From Acidobacteriota bacterium (lineage in GTDB: Bacteria > Acidobacteriota > Terriglobia > Terriglobales > SCQP01): 64,000 nt of DNA. The DNA lies in contig DAIDIE010000019.1 of NCBI GenBank assembly GCA_027459505.1, forward strand, positions 49,645 through 113,644, read 5' to 3'. The notes beneath the pieces were generated by a model. That model saw nothing but the letters and a program-made list of their open reading frames with translations. It searched no databases and was not told where the DNA came from. Of the stretch, positions 36,749 through 48,213 are shown piece by piece; the first letter of the stretch is position 1, and each line of letters opens with the position of its first letter. Made by a program: the position numbers and the translations under genes.

Positions 36749-36765
36749 TCGCAAGCCTGCGGCAT

Positions 36766-39700
36766 TCAGCGCCGTCGATGCCGGAAGTGAAATGACATCG
36801 AGTAGATGCCGAACTGGTCGCGGCTGAGCGCCAGGCCCAGGTGCTTGCTGATGGTCCACTCGACCCGGATGATGTCCTGCGAGCTGGTGGTCATGTTTTG
36901 CGTGTAGACCAGCGTCAGGTTGCGTGACACCTGCTGCTTGATGGTGACTGTGCCGCTGCCGGTCGATCCGGCGTTGCCCCCCAGATTGGGATTGACCTGT
37001 ATTTGTGTCACCCCGAACAGCCGCTGCAGCCGGCTGGCGACGATGTTGCTCAGCGCCTGCCCCAGTAACTGTTCGCCCTGTCCGACGAACGTGGTGGCGG
37101 ACTGCTGGCTGACCACTGCCTGGTGTTCCGCTGTCTGGCCCGTCGCCAGCAGCGAGATGATGTCGGTATTGGAAAGCGGCGGGTCGCTGCGGTAGGTGAC
37201 GTTCAGTTTGTCCACCGGGCCGGTCACGTTCAGCGTGATGTTGTACTGCTGAACCGTCGTGCTGAGCGCCACGTCGAGATCGGGGTCGATGCGGAAGGGA
37301 TTATCAAAGCTCACCAGCCCCTTGCTGACCGTGTACTTGTTGCCGGCGAATTGAATCTGACCCTGCTCGGCATTTACGCGGCCAATCACCACGGGGCTTC
37401 CGGCGGTGCCCTGGATATGCAGATCGGCCGCCATCTGCACGCTGGCAATGCTGCTGGCAAAGCCCACCTGGGGCCCGGTAATGAAATGCACGTTCAAGCG
37501 GATGTGCGACAGGAAAGCGTTGGGAGGCGCGCTGGCGGCCGAAGATGTGCGGTTATTCGCCAGGGCCACGGCCAAGTCGAACTGCGGGGTGAGCGCCAGT
37601 CGCGTGAGCTCGACATCTCCGGAGACCAGTCCGGATGACTGCGTCCCGGTCAGTGTGAGGTTGAGATCGTTGGTGACGCTCACCCCCTGGTAGAGCAGCC
37701 TGAGGTTGCGGCCAACGGCGGTCAGGTTATAGGCCATCCGGCCGGCGTTGTAGACGCCATAGCCCAGCACGCGTAACGTTCCCCCTCCCGTCTGGGCGGT
37801 GAGGTGGTCAATGTCCACGCGGTTACCGCTGAAGCGCAGCAATCCTTCAATGCGATCAAACGCCACCGGCAACCCCTCCTGGGCAACGCTGGCGTCTTTG
37901 ACCTCCACAGTGCCGTCAATCATCGGTTGGCGCAGCGTGCCGCTGAGGTCGGCATTCATCACCAACTCGCCGGAGGAATGCGTTTTGGCGCTCAGCGCGT
38001 GCAGCAAAGCCAGATTCAAGTTCCCTTGGGCGCGAAAAGCGATGGGGCCCACCTTGCGCAGTTGCGCCGTGCCGGCGAACGCAATATCGGTATCGGTGCC
38101 CACAATATGGGAGGACGCCAGGGTCAGCACGCCATTGGCCACCGTGGCATGGATGGGGCCGGCGTTGGTCAAAACCACGTGTTCAATGGCGAGATGCACG
38201 GGGTTCAGCAGCGCGTCAGCCTGAATAGCTTTCGGATTCTGCAGCGGGCCCCTCAGCGTGATCACGCCGCCCACCTCGCTGTGTCCGGTAATGCGAACGT
38301 TGGTGAAGCGGCGCAGCAGCGCGTCGATATCGTAGTTCTGGAAGGTCAGGCGCGCGTTGGTGGCGTAAGGCGCGCTCAGGTTCACGCCGGCCACCGCCGC
38401 CAGCCGTCCGCCGGGCAATTGAATGACGCCATTCAGGTTGGCCACCTGGCCGTTGGAGACGACGCTGGCGCGAACCCTGCCCAGCGTCTCGCCGCCCGCA
38501 CGGAGATTGCGTGTGTCCAACGTCAGCGTTCCCGAAGGATGGCGCAGCGTTCCCTGCGCTTGCAGCGTAAACAGCAGTTCGCCAGTGGGATGGAGCTTGG
38601 CGGAATTGACTACCGCAATGTCTTCAAGTTGAACGCCGGAGCTCGACAAATGAGCCGTCAGCGCGCCGCTATTGAGGGCATAGGAGCCGCTGCCGGTGAT
38701 GAGGGAATGCCGCAGCGCGACGCGAATCTGGCTCGCGTGCACCACGCCTTGCACTATGTTGAGTTGCGCGCTAACGGAACGGACGGGCTGGCCGGCGGCG
38801 ATCACGTGGCTCGCCATGATCTGCCCGCTTCCGTTTGGGGCGGCTTTGGTACCCCTGATGTGCGCCTGAAAACTCACCATTCCACTGACCGGCAGCGTGG
38901 GTTTACCAATGATGGATTTCAGTTGCGCCACGCTCAGCGCCCGCCCCGCCGTGTTCAGATTCAGTTGGCTTTGATCCGTCAGCGCGTAATTGCTCAGGCC
39001 AACTGTTCCGGCTGCGGTGATTTGAGAGCCACCGTAACGGTAGAGCAGGCTTTGCATGGTCAATCCCGAGCGCCCAATCGCACCCTGGAACTGCAACTGA
39101 TCCGCCGCGTACTGGTTGAAATGCAAGCCGCTGGCTTGTACCGTGCCGGTGAAGTCCGGAGCGTTCAAAGTGCCGCTCAGTACCCCTGTCACGTTCGCAC
39201 TCCCCGCCAGCCGCGGCGGCGGTTGCGGCGCGGTTATCGAAGCCAGCCATGGGGTAAGTTGGCTCAAGTCCGTGCTGGTGAATTGAACCTGCAGCCGTGA
39301 AGCGTGCGCGGCTACGCTTCCGTTAGCCTGCAACGAGGAGTTCGGCAATGCGAGCTGCAACTGTTGAATCGCTGCGGTTTGGCGGAACACGGCGACGCTG
39401 GCAATGAGATGCCCATTGACGGGAAGCGCCTGCGAGGTCCGGGCGGGCGCTTCAACATGGAGATCGACATGAGCCTGCAGATTGGGATTGAGCGGCCCCT
39501 GGGAAAACGCCTGGAAGCTGCCGTTCAATACGCCCGACAGAGGCCGGCTGATGTAGCGATGGACGCGCGCCCCACCCAGGCGAAGCAGGCGCGCCACTTC
39601 CATGCCGCTCACCGTTCCGCTCGCCCGCAGATTGCGCCAGTCAAGGTATTTGCCCTGCAGCGCAATGGTCCCGCCCAGCGCGAACACCTTCAAAGCGGGA

Positions 39701-40689
39701 ACGGTCAATCCCGTGTTGGACGCCCGGAAGCTGCCGCCCGCGCTGAGCGCGCCAAGGCCCTGGGGGGCGGAACGCAGCCGCAGGTCGTTGGCCGCGACGA
39801 TTCCGCTAATCTGCCACTTCCCCGCCTGGTACCGAACCGTCCCGGTAATGACCGCGCTGCCGGCGCGCAGGGCGTTGCCGCGCTGCAGGGCGCTCCAGCG
39901 CGCCAGGTCGCCTTCCAGGTGAAACCCGCCGCTCACCGTGGGCGCGGACAGGTTGTGCACCATCAGTTCGGCGTTGAGGGCGCTGTTCTCCCCCTCCAAA
40001 TGCACCGCATCCAGCCGCAAGTCATTGGGCCAGAGCGCAAAGTTGAAGCGCGCGCTGTGAAAGACCGGAAGCACCGTTCCGTAGGTGATCGAACTGGCGC
40101 CATAGCTTACGCGGCCGGTGTAGTAGCCGCCGGGGTTGGGACCGCTGTGATAGCCCAAAGTAACCCCGAGGTTGTGGAAGTCTCCCTCCAGCGGAATGGT
40201 GCGGTCCTGCAGTCTCAGTTCCCCCCGCTGGACCTGTAATTGCTGAATGCCCAATTGGAACAGTGTCTCCGCGGGCGGCCCTTGCGCGCCTTTGGCGGGA
40301 GGCGCCGGCAAATTGCTTTCCCCATCCGGCATGACGTAGACATGCAGTTCGGGATGATCGACAAAGACCTGCCGCAGATCGACTCCGGCATGGAGCAGAG
40401 AGGTCAGGGTGAGGCCCAAGTAGAGGTGTCGAATTTGCGCGAAGGGCTGTTCGCCGGCAGGCTCCTTGCCGTGCAGCACCACATTGCGCATGTCGATGGC
40501 CAGCGGGCGAAACGAAAAATGAAACTGTCCAACCGTGACGCGCGCCCCGGTCTTGCCCTGCAGTTGGGCGATCACGATGCCGCGCATGATCCGCTGAAAG
40601 CGGGGCGAATGCAGAAAAATCGCCGTGGCGGCGGCAAGCGCCAGCAGCAGCGCCACCAACCCCAGCAGCAGTTTTCGCCAGTGTCTCAT
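36766..40689 (-). CDS. tamB: Translocation/assembly module TamB-family protein
   Basis: N-terminal TM, long beta-rich body and C-terminal SDPPLSNTDIISLLATG; adjacent to an Omp85 gene. Confidence 0.85.
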   Translation of the reverse strand: MRHWRKLLLGLVALLLALAAATAIFLHSPRFQRIMRGIVIAQLQGKTGARVTVGQFHFSFRPLAIDMRNVVLHGKEPAGEQPFAQIRHLYLGLTLTSLLHAGVDLRQVFVDHPELHVYVMPDGESNLPAPPAKGAQGPPAETLFQLGIQQLQVQRGELRLQDRTIPLEGDFHNLGVTLGYHSGPNPGGYYTGRVSYGASSITYGTVLPVFHSARFNFALWPNDLRLDAVHLEGENSALNAELMVHNLSAPTVSGGFHLEGDLARWSALQRGNALRAGSAVITGTVRYQAGKWQISGIVAANDLRLRSAPQGLGALSAGGSFRASNTGLTVPALKVFALGGTIALQGKYLDWRNLRASGTVSGMEVARLLRLGGARVHRYISRPLSGVLNGSFQAFSQGPLNPNLQAHVDLHVEAPARTSQALPVNGHLIASVAVFRQTAAIQQLQLALPNSSLQANGSVAAHASRLQVQFTSTDLSQLTPWLASITAPQPPPRLAGSANVTGVLSGTLNAPDFTGTVQASGLHFNQYAADQLQFQGAIGRSGLTMQSLLYRYGGSQITAAGTVGLSNYALTDQSQLNLNTAGRALSVAQLKSIIGKPTLPVSGMVSFQAHIRGTKAAPNGSGQIMASHVIAAGQPVRSVSAQLNIVQGVVHASQIRVALRHSLITGSGSYALNSGALTAHLSSSGVQLEDIAVVNSAKLHPTGELLFTLQAQGTLRHPSGTLTLDTRNLRAGGETLGRVRASVVSNGQVANLNGVIQLPGGRLAAVAGVNLSAPYATNARLTFQNYDIDALLRRFTNVRITGHSEVGGVITLRGPLQNPKAIQADALLNPVHLAIEHVVLTNAGPIHATVANGVLTLASSHIVGTDTDIAFAGTAQLRKVGPIAFRAQGNLNLALLHALSAKTHSSGELVMNADLSGTLRQPMIDGTVEVKDASVAQEGLPVAFDRIEGLLRFSGNRVDIDHLTAQTGGGTLRVLGYGVYNAGRMAYNLTAVGRNLRLLYQGVSVTNDLNLTLTGTQSSGLVSGDVELTRLALTPQFDLAVALANNRTSSAASAPPNAFLSHIRLNVHFITGPQVGFASSIASVQMAADLHIQGTAGSPVVIGRVNAEQGQIQFAGNKYTVSKGLVSFDNPFRIDPDLDVALSTTVQQYNITLNVTGPVDKLNVTYRSDPPLSNTDIISLLATGQTAEHQAVVSQQSATTFVGQGEQLLGQALSNIVASRLQRLFGVTQIQVNPNLGGNAGSTGSGTVTIKQQVSRNLTLVYTQNMTTSSQDIIRVEWTISKHLGLALSRDQFGIYSMSFHFRHRRR

Positions 40690-40703
40690 CGCGTTTGCCG
40701 GCC

Positions 40704-41498
40704 TCAGCGCTGGGCGCCTTCAGGGGCCGCCTTAGGCGCATCCGGTTCTTCGATCTGAATTCTGGCATTAGTCCGCAACGCCGTCAGCCAGCGCGCTTGC
40801 AACTGCTGTAAGCGCCGCTGTTGCAGGATCTCGCGGATCTGCGTCCGCACGGTTGCCAATGGCGGCGTGCTTAGGTGCTGGCGCTGGGCCGCCGGCACAA
40901 AAACCTTCGCGTAATATTGCTGGATATCGGCCGGCGCGATGGCCAGTTGCAGGCGGAAGTACCCATTCAGAAAACTGACAATCGACAGTTGCTGCCGGAG
41001 AGATGCTTTGACCTCTTCGCCCGTGAGCTGATATTTCGCCAGGAGTCCGGCCCAGGCCACCGGGCCGCCCGCCAGTTTCACCAAATGCTCGTACTGGGTG
41101 CTCACCTCCCGCGCCGATGCCGCCGGGTAGCCATCTGCGCGCCGTTGTATCTGCAGCAAACGCAAATCGATGGACCGGTGCAGTGCCGTGCCGTACTCCT
41201 GCTGGGTGAGGGGCGCGGGTGCGGAGATCTCCGGGGCGCCTGTGGTGTTGAGCGCGGCGGAGAGCCGGGCAAACCGGGCGGCGTCCTCCACCTCGTTTTC
41301 GGTAATCGCCTGGTTATCGACTTCCGCGGCGATCTGGTCAACGACCGTGCCGCGCCGGCTGGGACCGCCATCCCCTTCATAGGGCGCGGTACTGGCCAGC
41401 ACCGTCAGCACGGCAATGAATAGCAGCAGAAGAGCCAGCCAGCGCCCACGAGGCAGCCGGTCGGGGGTGCGGGCGTCGAATTGCGAGTGCAGGGCCAT
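40704..41498 (-). CDS. SurA N-terminal-domain-like periplasmic chaperone
   Basis: VVDQIAAEVDNQAITENEV and WLTALRTNARIQI motifs; lies between bamA-like and tamB genes. Confidence 0.7.
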   Translation of the reverse strand: MALHSQFDARTPDRLPRGRWLALLLLFIAVLTVLASTAPYEGDGGPSRRGTVVDQIAAEVDNQAITENEVEDAARFARLSAALNTTGAPEISAPAPLTQQEYGTALHRSIDLRLLQIQRRADGYPAASAREVSTQYEHLVKLAGGPVAWAGLLAKYQLTGEEVKASLRQQLSIVSFLNGYFRLQLAIAPADIQQYYAKVFVPAAQRQHLSTPPLATVRTQIREILQQRRLQQLQARWLTALRTNARIQIEEPDAPKAAPEGAQR

Positions 41499-41501
41499 GA
41501 T

Positions 41502-44500
41502 CTAAAACGTCTGTCCAATACTAAAGAAGAAGTTCCAGTGCTTCAGAGTGGTTGGCGGCGCCCATTGCGGATTCGTGCAATTACTGTTGTAAACAACGTT
41601 CTGAATCTGTGGTGGATTCAGGTTGTACCCCAAATCCAGCCGAATGGGGCCCACCGGAGTGTTGTAGCGCAGCCCCACCCCCAGGGTGTTGGAGGTGTAG
41701 TCGGGCTTCTCGGTGGAGCGCGCCTTAAAAACCAGCAGCGAATGCAGCACGGCGGGCAAAGTGGTGTAGACATTGCCCGCATCCCAAAACAGCACGCCGC
41801 CGACGTTCGGACCCAGCAGGGGATAGCGGAACTCCACGTTGTTGATAAACAGGGCGTTGCCGCCAATCGGAAAACCGGTAATCGGATCGCGCGGGCCGGC
41901 CTGGTCAATGGCGAAGCCGCGCAGGCTATCGGGACCGCCGCTGTAGAAGCGCTCCGGCAGCGGCAGCACATATTGCAATGAACTCACCGAACAGGGAACC
42001 ACCGCCCCATTGGCGTTCAGGCACTGCCCGGCGCTGTTGACCACCGGGTCATTGGTGCTCACCAGCTTTTGCGGACCAAAGGGATGTTCAAACCCTATGC
42101 GTGTTGATCGTGCCAGCACGAATTTCCCTTTGCGGCCAAACGGGTAGTAGGTGGAGTTCTCGTAATAGAAGCGCGCGAAATCCGCGTAGCCACCAAAGCT
42201 CTTGGCAAGCGTTGCCACCGCGTTCTGATACATGCCGCGATGCGTGTTGAGCGGATCATCGCGGTGGTCGTCGATAAAGTTGGCGCTGGCCTCCGCCAAA
42301 TCCGCGGGCAACGACAGTACCGGTATCTCCGCGGGCGAGACCACGGGGTTGCGGACGTCGGCCCGCCGGTAGCCCACATGGTAGATGAAGCGCACCGCGT
42401 GGCTTTTTTCGTCCTCCAGTTGCAATCCCGCCTCTTCGCGTATCGCCCGGAACGTCAGCACGTCGTAGGAGTCGTCGTACAACGTGGTCGCATCCAGCTT
42501 CAGGCTGTTGTCGTTCAGAAACCGGGGTATGTCATAGGAGAGCAGGGCGCGCTTATGCAGCGATCCGTAGTTGCCATCCAGGGAAAGCGTCTGCGGCCGC
42601 CCGGTCACCGCCAGGCGTGTGACTCCAAACGACAGCAGCGGCGACCAGCCCGCGCTCCCCTGATAAACCGGGGTGTCGCTGGTAGCCGTCGAGTAGGTGG
42701 GGCAGGCCAGATCCTGGTTGCTGGCGCGCCCGGCGCCGCTCTGGTATTGAAAGCCGACGCCTTCGGTGAAGGTGTAGCGTCGCGCCTCGTGCACCGAGAC
42801 CAGCACGTTCTTGCGGCTTTCCATGCCGTTGGGATTCTCCACGGAAACCGCGACATCGGTGAATACTCCGGTACGGTAAAGGCGGCGCTGAGTATTCAGC
42901 ATGGCGGCCTGGCTGAGGGGGGCGCCGGCCTGCACGCTCAAGCGCTGTCCCACCACGCGCGGCTTGACGAAGCGGGTGCCGCTCACATACACATTGTTCA
43001 CCGAGAACTGCCGTCCCTCGGTGATGGCAAACGAGACGTCTTCCAGGTTCTTTCCCTTCACCGGGATGGCTTGCGTGGTGCAATGCGCCTCAAGGTAGCC
43101 GTGATCGAAGTAGTACTGCAGCACCTGATCGCGGTCGGTGGCCAGATTCACGCGCGAGTAGGGCTGTTGCGGGGCGGTGGTTAACAGGCCTTCAATAGCC
43201 GCGGTGGATACCGCCTTGTTCCCCTGCACCGCGAGCTTGCGCACCAGCGTCTGCGGACCTTCCACGATGTTGTAGGTCACGGCCAGATGGTTCTTGCGCC
43301 CCTGGAAGTGGCGGTTCAGCACGGGAGTGACCTTCACATCCTGAAAGCCGTTGGCCTGGTACTGTCCCGTGATGGCGCTCGCGTCGTCGTCCATCATGCC
43401 GGTGTTGAAATGACCGCGGCCGCCGGGAATGATATTGGGAATGAACAGGCTTTCCGGCCGCACCGCGACCAAGTCACGCAGATCATCGGAGCTGAAGTAC
43501 TTGTTGCCGCGGAAGCGGATCGTCTGCAGCGTTTCGCGCGGCCCGAGATTGATGAGGTAGATGATGTTGAGTTGGCTGGAACTGGGCTGGCGGCGCTCGT
43601 AGTCCACGCGCGCCTGGAAATAGCCTTTGGACTGGAAATAATTCTGCAGGTTGGCGCGGCCTTCCTCGATCAGTTCGGCGTCGGCCGCATGCTCCTGAAA
43701 AACGGGCACTTCGCGCTTCAGCGTCCGCCGCCCCACCTTGGCGCCTTCGGCGCTGATGCTGACCTGGGGTCCCGCATCCACCTTGATGGTGAGGTCGGCG
43801 CGATTGCTGGCGCGGTGGTACTGCGGCCGCAACAGCCGCACCCTGGCGGCCAGGTGCTGACGCTTGGCGTAATAGCTCTGAATACGGCTGAGAGCTTTTT
43901 GCACGGTTGCTTGCGTGAGCTTTTGTCCAGGCTTCAACCTGCTGGCCGCCAGCAGGGCGTTGGCGGGCAACAATGTCGCGCCCAGCACCCGCACTGTTCC
44001 TACCCGGGCTAAGGGGCCGGCTGTAATGAGAAGCGTAATGCGCGCCTGCGAGCCCGGTTGCAAAACGGTTTTAGCCGAGACCTTGGCCTGGTAGTAGCCG
44101 TAGCTACGCAACCGCGCCTGAATGTTTTCCCCCGCCTCGCTCACCTCGTCGGGCGAGTACAGCTTGCCGGGCTCCAGCCCGCTGGCGTCGAACAACTCCG
44201 AATCGGTGGCCGGCGAGGGGGCGCCGAAAACGCGCACCGTGCCATTGAAGTAGTTGGGCGTGGTTTCAAACACCAGCCGCACCCCTCCCGTCGCCGGGTA
44301 CTCTACCGCCCGCACAGTGGCGAACTCCCCGCTGGCGAACAGCCGTTCAATACTTTGCCGGATGGCCACCGGCGACGCCGGCGCGTTGATCTGCTGCGAA
44401 ACGCGGCCGATAAACTGCGACTCGGGGCGGTCCGGCGGCGGTTGCACGGCGATCGACACCACGAGCGGCGCGCTTTGGGCGCAAAGGGGCACAACAGAAC

Positions 44501-44675
44501 CGGCCAGCAGCAAGAGCAGAGATGTGAACAGCAGCGCGGCGCCAGCCAGGCTCGCCGCGGCGCGTCCGCACCCCACCCGCTTCTCCGGGCGGCCACAGCC
44601 AGCATGAAGGCCTTTCCGGAGCAGAGTGGAAGTCCGGCCGAAGCCGCTTCTGTTTGCCGCCCACGCAATCGTCAA
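41502..44675 (-). CDS. Omp85/BamA-TamA family outer membrane protein with POTRA repeats
   Basis: POTRA motifs ([10 protein letters not shown]), [21 protein letters not shown] and C-terminal IGQTF; start uncertain. Confidence 0.9.
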   Translation of the reverse strand: MTIAWAANRSGFGRTSTLLRKGLHAGCGRPEKRVGCGRAAASLAGAALLFTSLLLLLAGSVVPLCAQSAPLVVSIAVQPPPDRPESQFIGRVSQQINAPASPVAIRQSIERLFASGEFATVRAVEYPATGGVRLVFETTPNYFNGTVRVFGAPSPATDSELFDASGLEPGKLYSPDEVSEAGENIQARLRSYGYYQAKVSAKTVLQPGSQARITLLITAGPLARVGTVRVLGATLLPANALLAASRLKPGQKLTQATVQKALSRIQSYYAKRQHLAARVRLLRPQYHRASNRADLTIKVDAGPQVSISAEGAKVGRRTLKREVPVFQEHAADAELIEEGRANLQNYFQSKGYFQARVDYERRQPSSSQLNIIYLINLGPRETLQTIRFRGNKYFSSDDLRDLVAVRPESLFIPNIIPGGRGHFNTGMMDDDASAITGQYQANGFQDVKVTPVLNRHFQGRKNHLAVTYNIVEGPQTLVRKLAVQGNKAVSTAAIEGLLTTAPQQPYSRVNLATDRDQVLQYYFDHGYLEAHCTTQAIPVKGKNLEDVSFAITEGRQFSVNNVYVSGTRFVKPRVVGQRLSVQAGAPLSQAAMLNTQRRLYRTGVFTDVAVSVENPNGMESRKNVLVSVHEARRYTFTEGVGFQYQSGAGRASNQDLACPTYSTATSDTPVYQGSAGWSPLLSFGVTRLAVTGRPQTLSLDGNYGSLHKRALLSYDIPRFLNDNSLKLDATTLYDDSYDVLTFRAIREEAGLQLEDEKSHAVRFIYHVGYRRADVRNPVVSPAEIPVLSLPADLAEASANFIDDHRDDPLNTHRGMYQNAVATLAKSFGGYADFARFYYENSTYYPFGRKGKFVLARSTRIGFEHPFGPQKLVSTNDPVVNSAGQCLNANGAVVPCSVSSLQYVLPLPERFYSGGPDSLRGFAIDQAGPRDPITGFPIGGNALFINNVEFRYPLLGPNVGGVLFWDAGNVYTTLPAVLHSLLVFKARSTEKPDYTSNTLGVGLRYNTPVGPIRLDLGYNLNPPQIQNVVYNSNCTNPQWAPPTTLKHWNFFFSIGQTF

Positions 44676-44948
44676 AAACCGCGCCCCTCAATCCAAAGTA
44701 CCTGCTTGCCCTATGGTACAGATGAATCGACCTTTGCTGCCGGTTGCGCGTTGCCGACTGGGGTAACCCTTGCGAGTCCAGCACCGCCAGCGGGAAACGG
44801 GCGCAGCCGCCCGTTTCTCCAACCCTGGTCCCGGCGCTGGTTCTACCGCGGCCCGCCCCTGCTATCCTCAATAGGAAGGGCTGCGCCCTCACCAGCATCG
44901 CTGCTGGCGGAGGCGTTGCGGCCGTTGTGCGTTTTGGAGTTGAAAACT

Positions 44949-45224
44949 ATGGCGCGGATGGTGAAGTGCGTGAAGTTGGGGCGGGAACTGCCTGGTTTGG
45001 AAGAGGCGCCCTGGCCCGGTGAACTGGGGCAGCGAATTTATGACAACGTCTCGGCGGAGGCCTGGAACCTCTGGAAGGAACACGCCAAGATGCTGATGAA
45101 TGAGTACCGGCTGGCCCCCTGGACCGACGAGGCCCGCAACATGATCAATGAACAGCTCGAGCAGTTCTTCTTTGGTGAAGGCGCGCAATTACCGCCGGGC
45201 TTTGTCCCGCAGCGGGCCAAGTAG
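44949..45224 (+). CDS. yggX: Fe(II)-trafficking / oxidative damage protection protein
   Basis: [36 protein letters not shown]......NEYRL; forms the C-terminal part of ORF 44058-45224. Confidence 0.9.
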   Translation: MARMVKCVKLGRELPGLEEAPWPGELGQRIYDNVSAEAWNLWKEHAKMLMNEYRLAPWTDEARNMINEQLEQFFFGEGAQLPPGFVPQRAK

Positions 45225-45227
45225 CGC

Positions 45228-46088
45228 TCAACCGCCGCCCACGAAGCGCTCGATCTCCGCGGCGAAAAGCGCCGGCTGTTCCTCGAACATCAGGTGGCCA
45301 GTGCCGGGCAACAGCTTGAAACGGGCATTGGGCAGCGCCGCCGCCAGTTGCCGCCCGCTTTGTGGCGGAACCACCCGATCCAACTCTCCCCAGAGTGCCA
45401 GGACGGGCTGGTGTATTTCGCTCAACTGCTGCCGCAGCGCGAGCCATTCCCGCCGGTACTGACGCGCATAGGCCATGGCCGTACGCCAGGCGGTCCTCCC
45501 GCGTAACGAGGCGACGTAGCCCTTCATCACGTCTTTGGTCAATTGATGGGTATCCGTCCATACCTGCGCCAGGAAATGGCGCCGCAGCCACAGCGGTGAA
45601 CGCGCGGAGACGGGAACCATCCAGGGCAGTACCCAGGGCCGCAGCAGAAGCGACTGGCGGAAACTGGGGTGGAAAAACGAACTGACCCCGCCGGCAATCA
45701 CTACTTTGCTGACGCGCTGAGGCGCCAGCCGCGCCCAGGCCAGCGCAAAGCTTCCCGCCCACGAAACCCCCACCACCGTCACTTGCGCAAGGCTGCCAGA
45801 GGAGGTGTTGCCTCCAGCGGAGCCGCCCGCCCATTGTTCCAACGCCGCAGCGACGGATTGCGGATCGTGATGCCAGCCGGGCAGATGCGCCGATCCCAGA
45901 ATTCCCGGTAAATCCAGCGCAAAGACCCGGTAATGCCGGGCCAGCAACGGCATGACACGCCGGAAACAAAAGCTGCTGTTCATGAAGCCGGGCAGCAGCA
46001 CCAGCGGCGCTCCCTGGCCGGCCTCGCGCCACTGCAGCCCTCCCCAGGGCATTGGGCGGGTCATGAGTGTGGGTTGGGAATCCGGCAT
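45228..46088 (-). CDS. Alpha/beta-fold hydrolase
   Basis: LVLLPG, ALDLPG, GVSWAG nucleophile elbow, WGELD, GTGH. Confidence 0.85.
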   Translation of the reverse strand: MPDSQPTLMTRPMPWGGLQWREAGQGAPLVLLPGFMNSSFCFRRVMPLLARHYRVFALDLPGILGSAHLPGWHHDPQSVAAALEQWAGGSAGGNTSSGSLAQVTVVGVSWAGSFALAWARLAPQRVSKVVIAGGVSSFFHPSFRQSLLLRPWVLPWMVPVSARSPLWLRRHFLAQVWTDTHQLTKDVMKGYVASLRGRTAWRTAMAYARQYRREWLALRQQLSEIHQPVLALWGELDRVVPPQSGRQLAAALPNARFKLLPGTGHLMFEEQPALFAAEIERFVGGG

Positions 46089-46222
46089 GGCAGAGCGGGT
46101 GGTGGGTGGCGGTGTTTTGTATACTGGTAAGCGCTCTCAAGCTCAGCGCATGCTGGCGAGCGTGTGGCCTGAGATCGATTCAGGTGCCGCGCCACACAAA
46201 CATACAGGAGATTATCGTAGCC

Positions 46223-46993
46223 TTGTTTGCCCAAACCTCAGCCCCGGCCTATCTACCTTATGTCGCGATCCCTATTGCCGCGGTTGGGGCTTGGCTGGTA
46301 TGGAACTTCCGCCGCGGCGCCCAGAAACGCCAGGGGCATGCGCGCGAGCTCAAAGAGAAGGTGCTGCAGCCGCTGCGCCAGCAACTGGACGGCTTTTATC
46401 GCGGCCTGGTCACCACCCGGCAACCGGCGGTGGAGTACGTCGAGCCGGCGCAGCCCGGTGGGCACGCCATTCTGCGTCCGGTAACGCCTCCCGAGCTGGA
46501 AGACGCGCGCCTTTGGCCGGATGCGCGGCAACATCATTTCCCCGAGCTGCTGCAGGAATTTGAGGGCTTCAAACGCGACTTTCTCCGCCTCACCGCGGAT
46601 CTTGCGGACTGGATTCCGGTGCTGGCCGCTGACCTGCATCAGGTCTCCGGATTGCCGGAGGGCGATCCCACCCAGACCTCCGCACCCTGTTTGAACAGCA
46701 TCCGCCTCGCCCACTATATCTACCGGCGACATCACGGCATGGCCGACGCCGACCTGGTGGCCACGCCGGAAGGCGCGCTGCAGGCCGGCAGCGAGCTCTT
46801 TGGCCGCGGTACCGAGGCGCAGGCGCGGGCCTGCCGCGATGAAGTCGAGCACCTGCTGCGCAGCCGCCTGCCCGACAGCCTCGCCTTCCGCGAGCGTTTC
46901 ACCAAACTGCAGGTGCAGCAGGATCGCATGCTTTATCACGCCGCCGTGCATATGAACCGCCTGCGCGTCGACGGACCCTGCGGTCTGGCCTGA
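46223..46993 (+). CDS. Hypothetical membrane-anchored protein
   Basis: AGGAG upstream of TTG 46223; single TM (VAIPIAAVGAWLVW); no recognisable family. Confidence 0.6.
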   Translation: MFAQTSAPAYLPYVAIPIAAVGAWLVWNFRRGAQKRQGHARELKEKVLQPLRQQLDGFYRGLVTTRQPAVEYVEPAQPGGHAILRPVTPPELEDARLWPDARQHHFPELLQEFEGFKRDFLRLTADLADWIPVLAADLHQVSGLPEGDPTQTSAPCLNSIRLAHYIYRRHHGMADADLVATPEGALQAGSELFGRGTEAQARACRDEVEHLLRSRLPDSLAFRERFTKLQVQQDRMLYHAAVHMNRLRVDGPCGLA

Positions 46994-46998
46994 GCGGT

Positions 46999-48012
46999 TC
47001 AGTCCGCCAGCCAGAGGTTTTCCGCGAACGGCCATTCCTGGTCCACCCATTGCCTACGGGGTAGAAACCCGCTGTGGCGCGCCCACGCGTTCAGCTCTTC
47101 CGGGTTGAACTTGTGACTGGCTTCGGTCCAGATCGTCTCACCGCGGCGCAAGTGGCACGAGAAGCCGTTTTTCGCGATGGTCACACCCTGCTCGCGAAGC
47201 GATAGAACATGCATTTCAATGCGCCGCTGCCGCCGGTCGTAGCGCGCTTGATGGCGAAAGGCGCTCAGGTCGAAGTTGGCGCCCAGCACGCGATTCGCAT
47301 GCCCAAGCACGTTCAGGTTAAACGCCGCGGTCACCCCCAGTGCGTCGTCATATGCGGAAAGCAGCAGGGCTTCCGGCTTTTCCAGATCGGCGCCCAGCAG
47401 CAGCGCGTCCCCCTGGCGCAGCGCTCCGCGCAACTCGCGCAGGAAGGCGAGCGCCGCCGGCCGATCGAAGTTTCCGATCGTGCTTCCCAGAAATAACACC
47501 AGCAGCCGCTCTTCCGCGTGCCGCTGCCGCGCAACTTCGCGCAAGCCGTTGAGGTAATCCGTCTCCAGGCCGACGATGTGAATGCGCTGGGGCCCGGCTG
47601 CGGTCACCTCCTCCAGTTCCTGCCGGCAGCGGCGCAATGCGCTGGTGGAAATGTCGATCGGGAAGTACCGCACCGGCTGGCGGCGTTGCAGCGCCTCCAG
47701 AATGGGTCGCGTCTTCTTCCCCGTCCCACTGCCCAACTCGGTCACGAGCAAAGGTCCGGGAAGCTGGCCGATCACCGCTTCCGCATGGGTTCGTAAAAGG
47801 CGCTCATCGGCCCGGGTGAGGCCGTACTCCGGCAAAAGCGTGATCGCTTCAAACAATGCGGAGCCGAGCTCATCGTAGAGCAGCCGTGAGGGGAGTTCCT
47901 TTTGCTGCTTGCTCAGCCCCTGACATACTTCCGTCAATAAGCCGGAAGAGGCGGGGGAAGCAGCATCGAGTTGACCGGAGTCGTGAAAGGGAAGCGTGCG
48001 TGTGAGCGCCAT
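46999..48012 (-). CDS. egtD: L-histidine N-alpha-methyltransferase
   Basis: LYDELGSALFEAITLLPEYGLTRA, ELGSG, FLGSTIGN, AYDDALGVTAAFNLN, IWTEASHKF. Confidence 0.92.
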   Translation of the reverse strand: MALTRTLPFHDSGQLDAASPASSGLLTEVCQGLSKQQKELPSRLLYDELGSALFEAITLLPEYGLTRADERLLRTHAEAVIGQLPGPLLVTELGSGTGKKTRPILEALQRRQPVRYFPIDISTSALRRCRQELEEVTAAGPQRIHIVGLETDYLNGLREVARQRHAEERLLVLFLGSTIGNFDRPAALAFLRELRGALRQGDALLLGADLEKPEALLLSAYDDALGVTAAFNLNVLGHANRVLGANFDLSAFRHQARYDRRQRRIEMHVLSLREQGVTIAKNGFSCHLRRGETIWTEASHKFNPEELNAWARHSGFLPRRQWVDQEWPFAENLWLAD

Positions 48013-48213
48013 GGGTGTTCAGCGTGGGGCGTATGCCCCCGGATGCAATAGGGCTCAACTAAGGGCGGCTTTGAAGAGCCGGTTTGACCAAGCGCGGCCG
48101 CACTTGGACATCGCCCTCGCGATTGCGCCCTCAAGTGCGCTCGCGAAAGAGACAGCCGGTTGGCATACGCTCTCTGACCGGCGGTTTTTTTCCGGCGACG
48201 CAATCCGGCGACC

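Noticed and set aside
48153-48191. Plus-strand terminator-like hairpin with T-run between egtB and egtD
   Set aside because: Its orientation is opposite to both flanking genes and no plus-strand transcript is supported.
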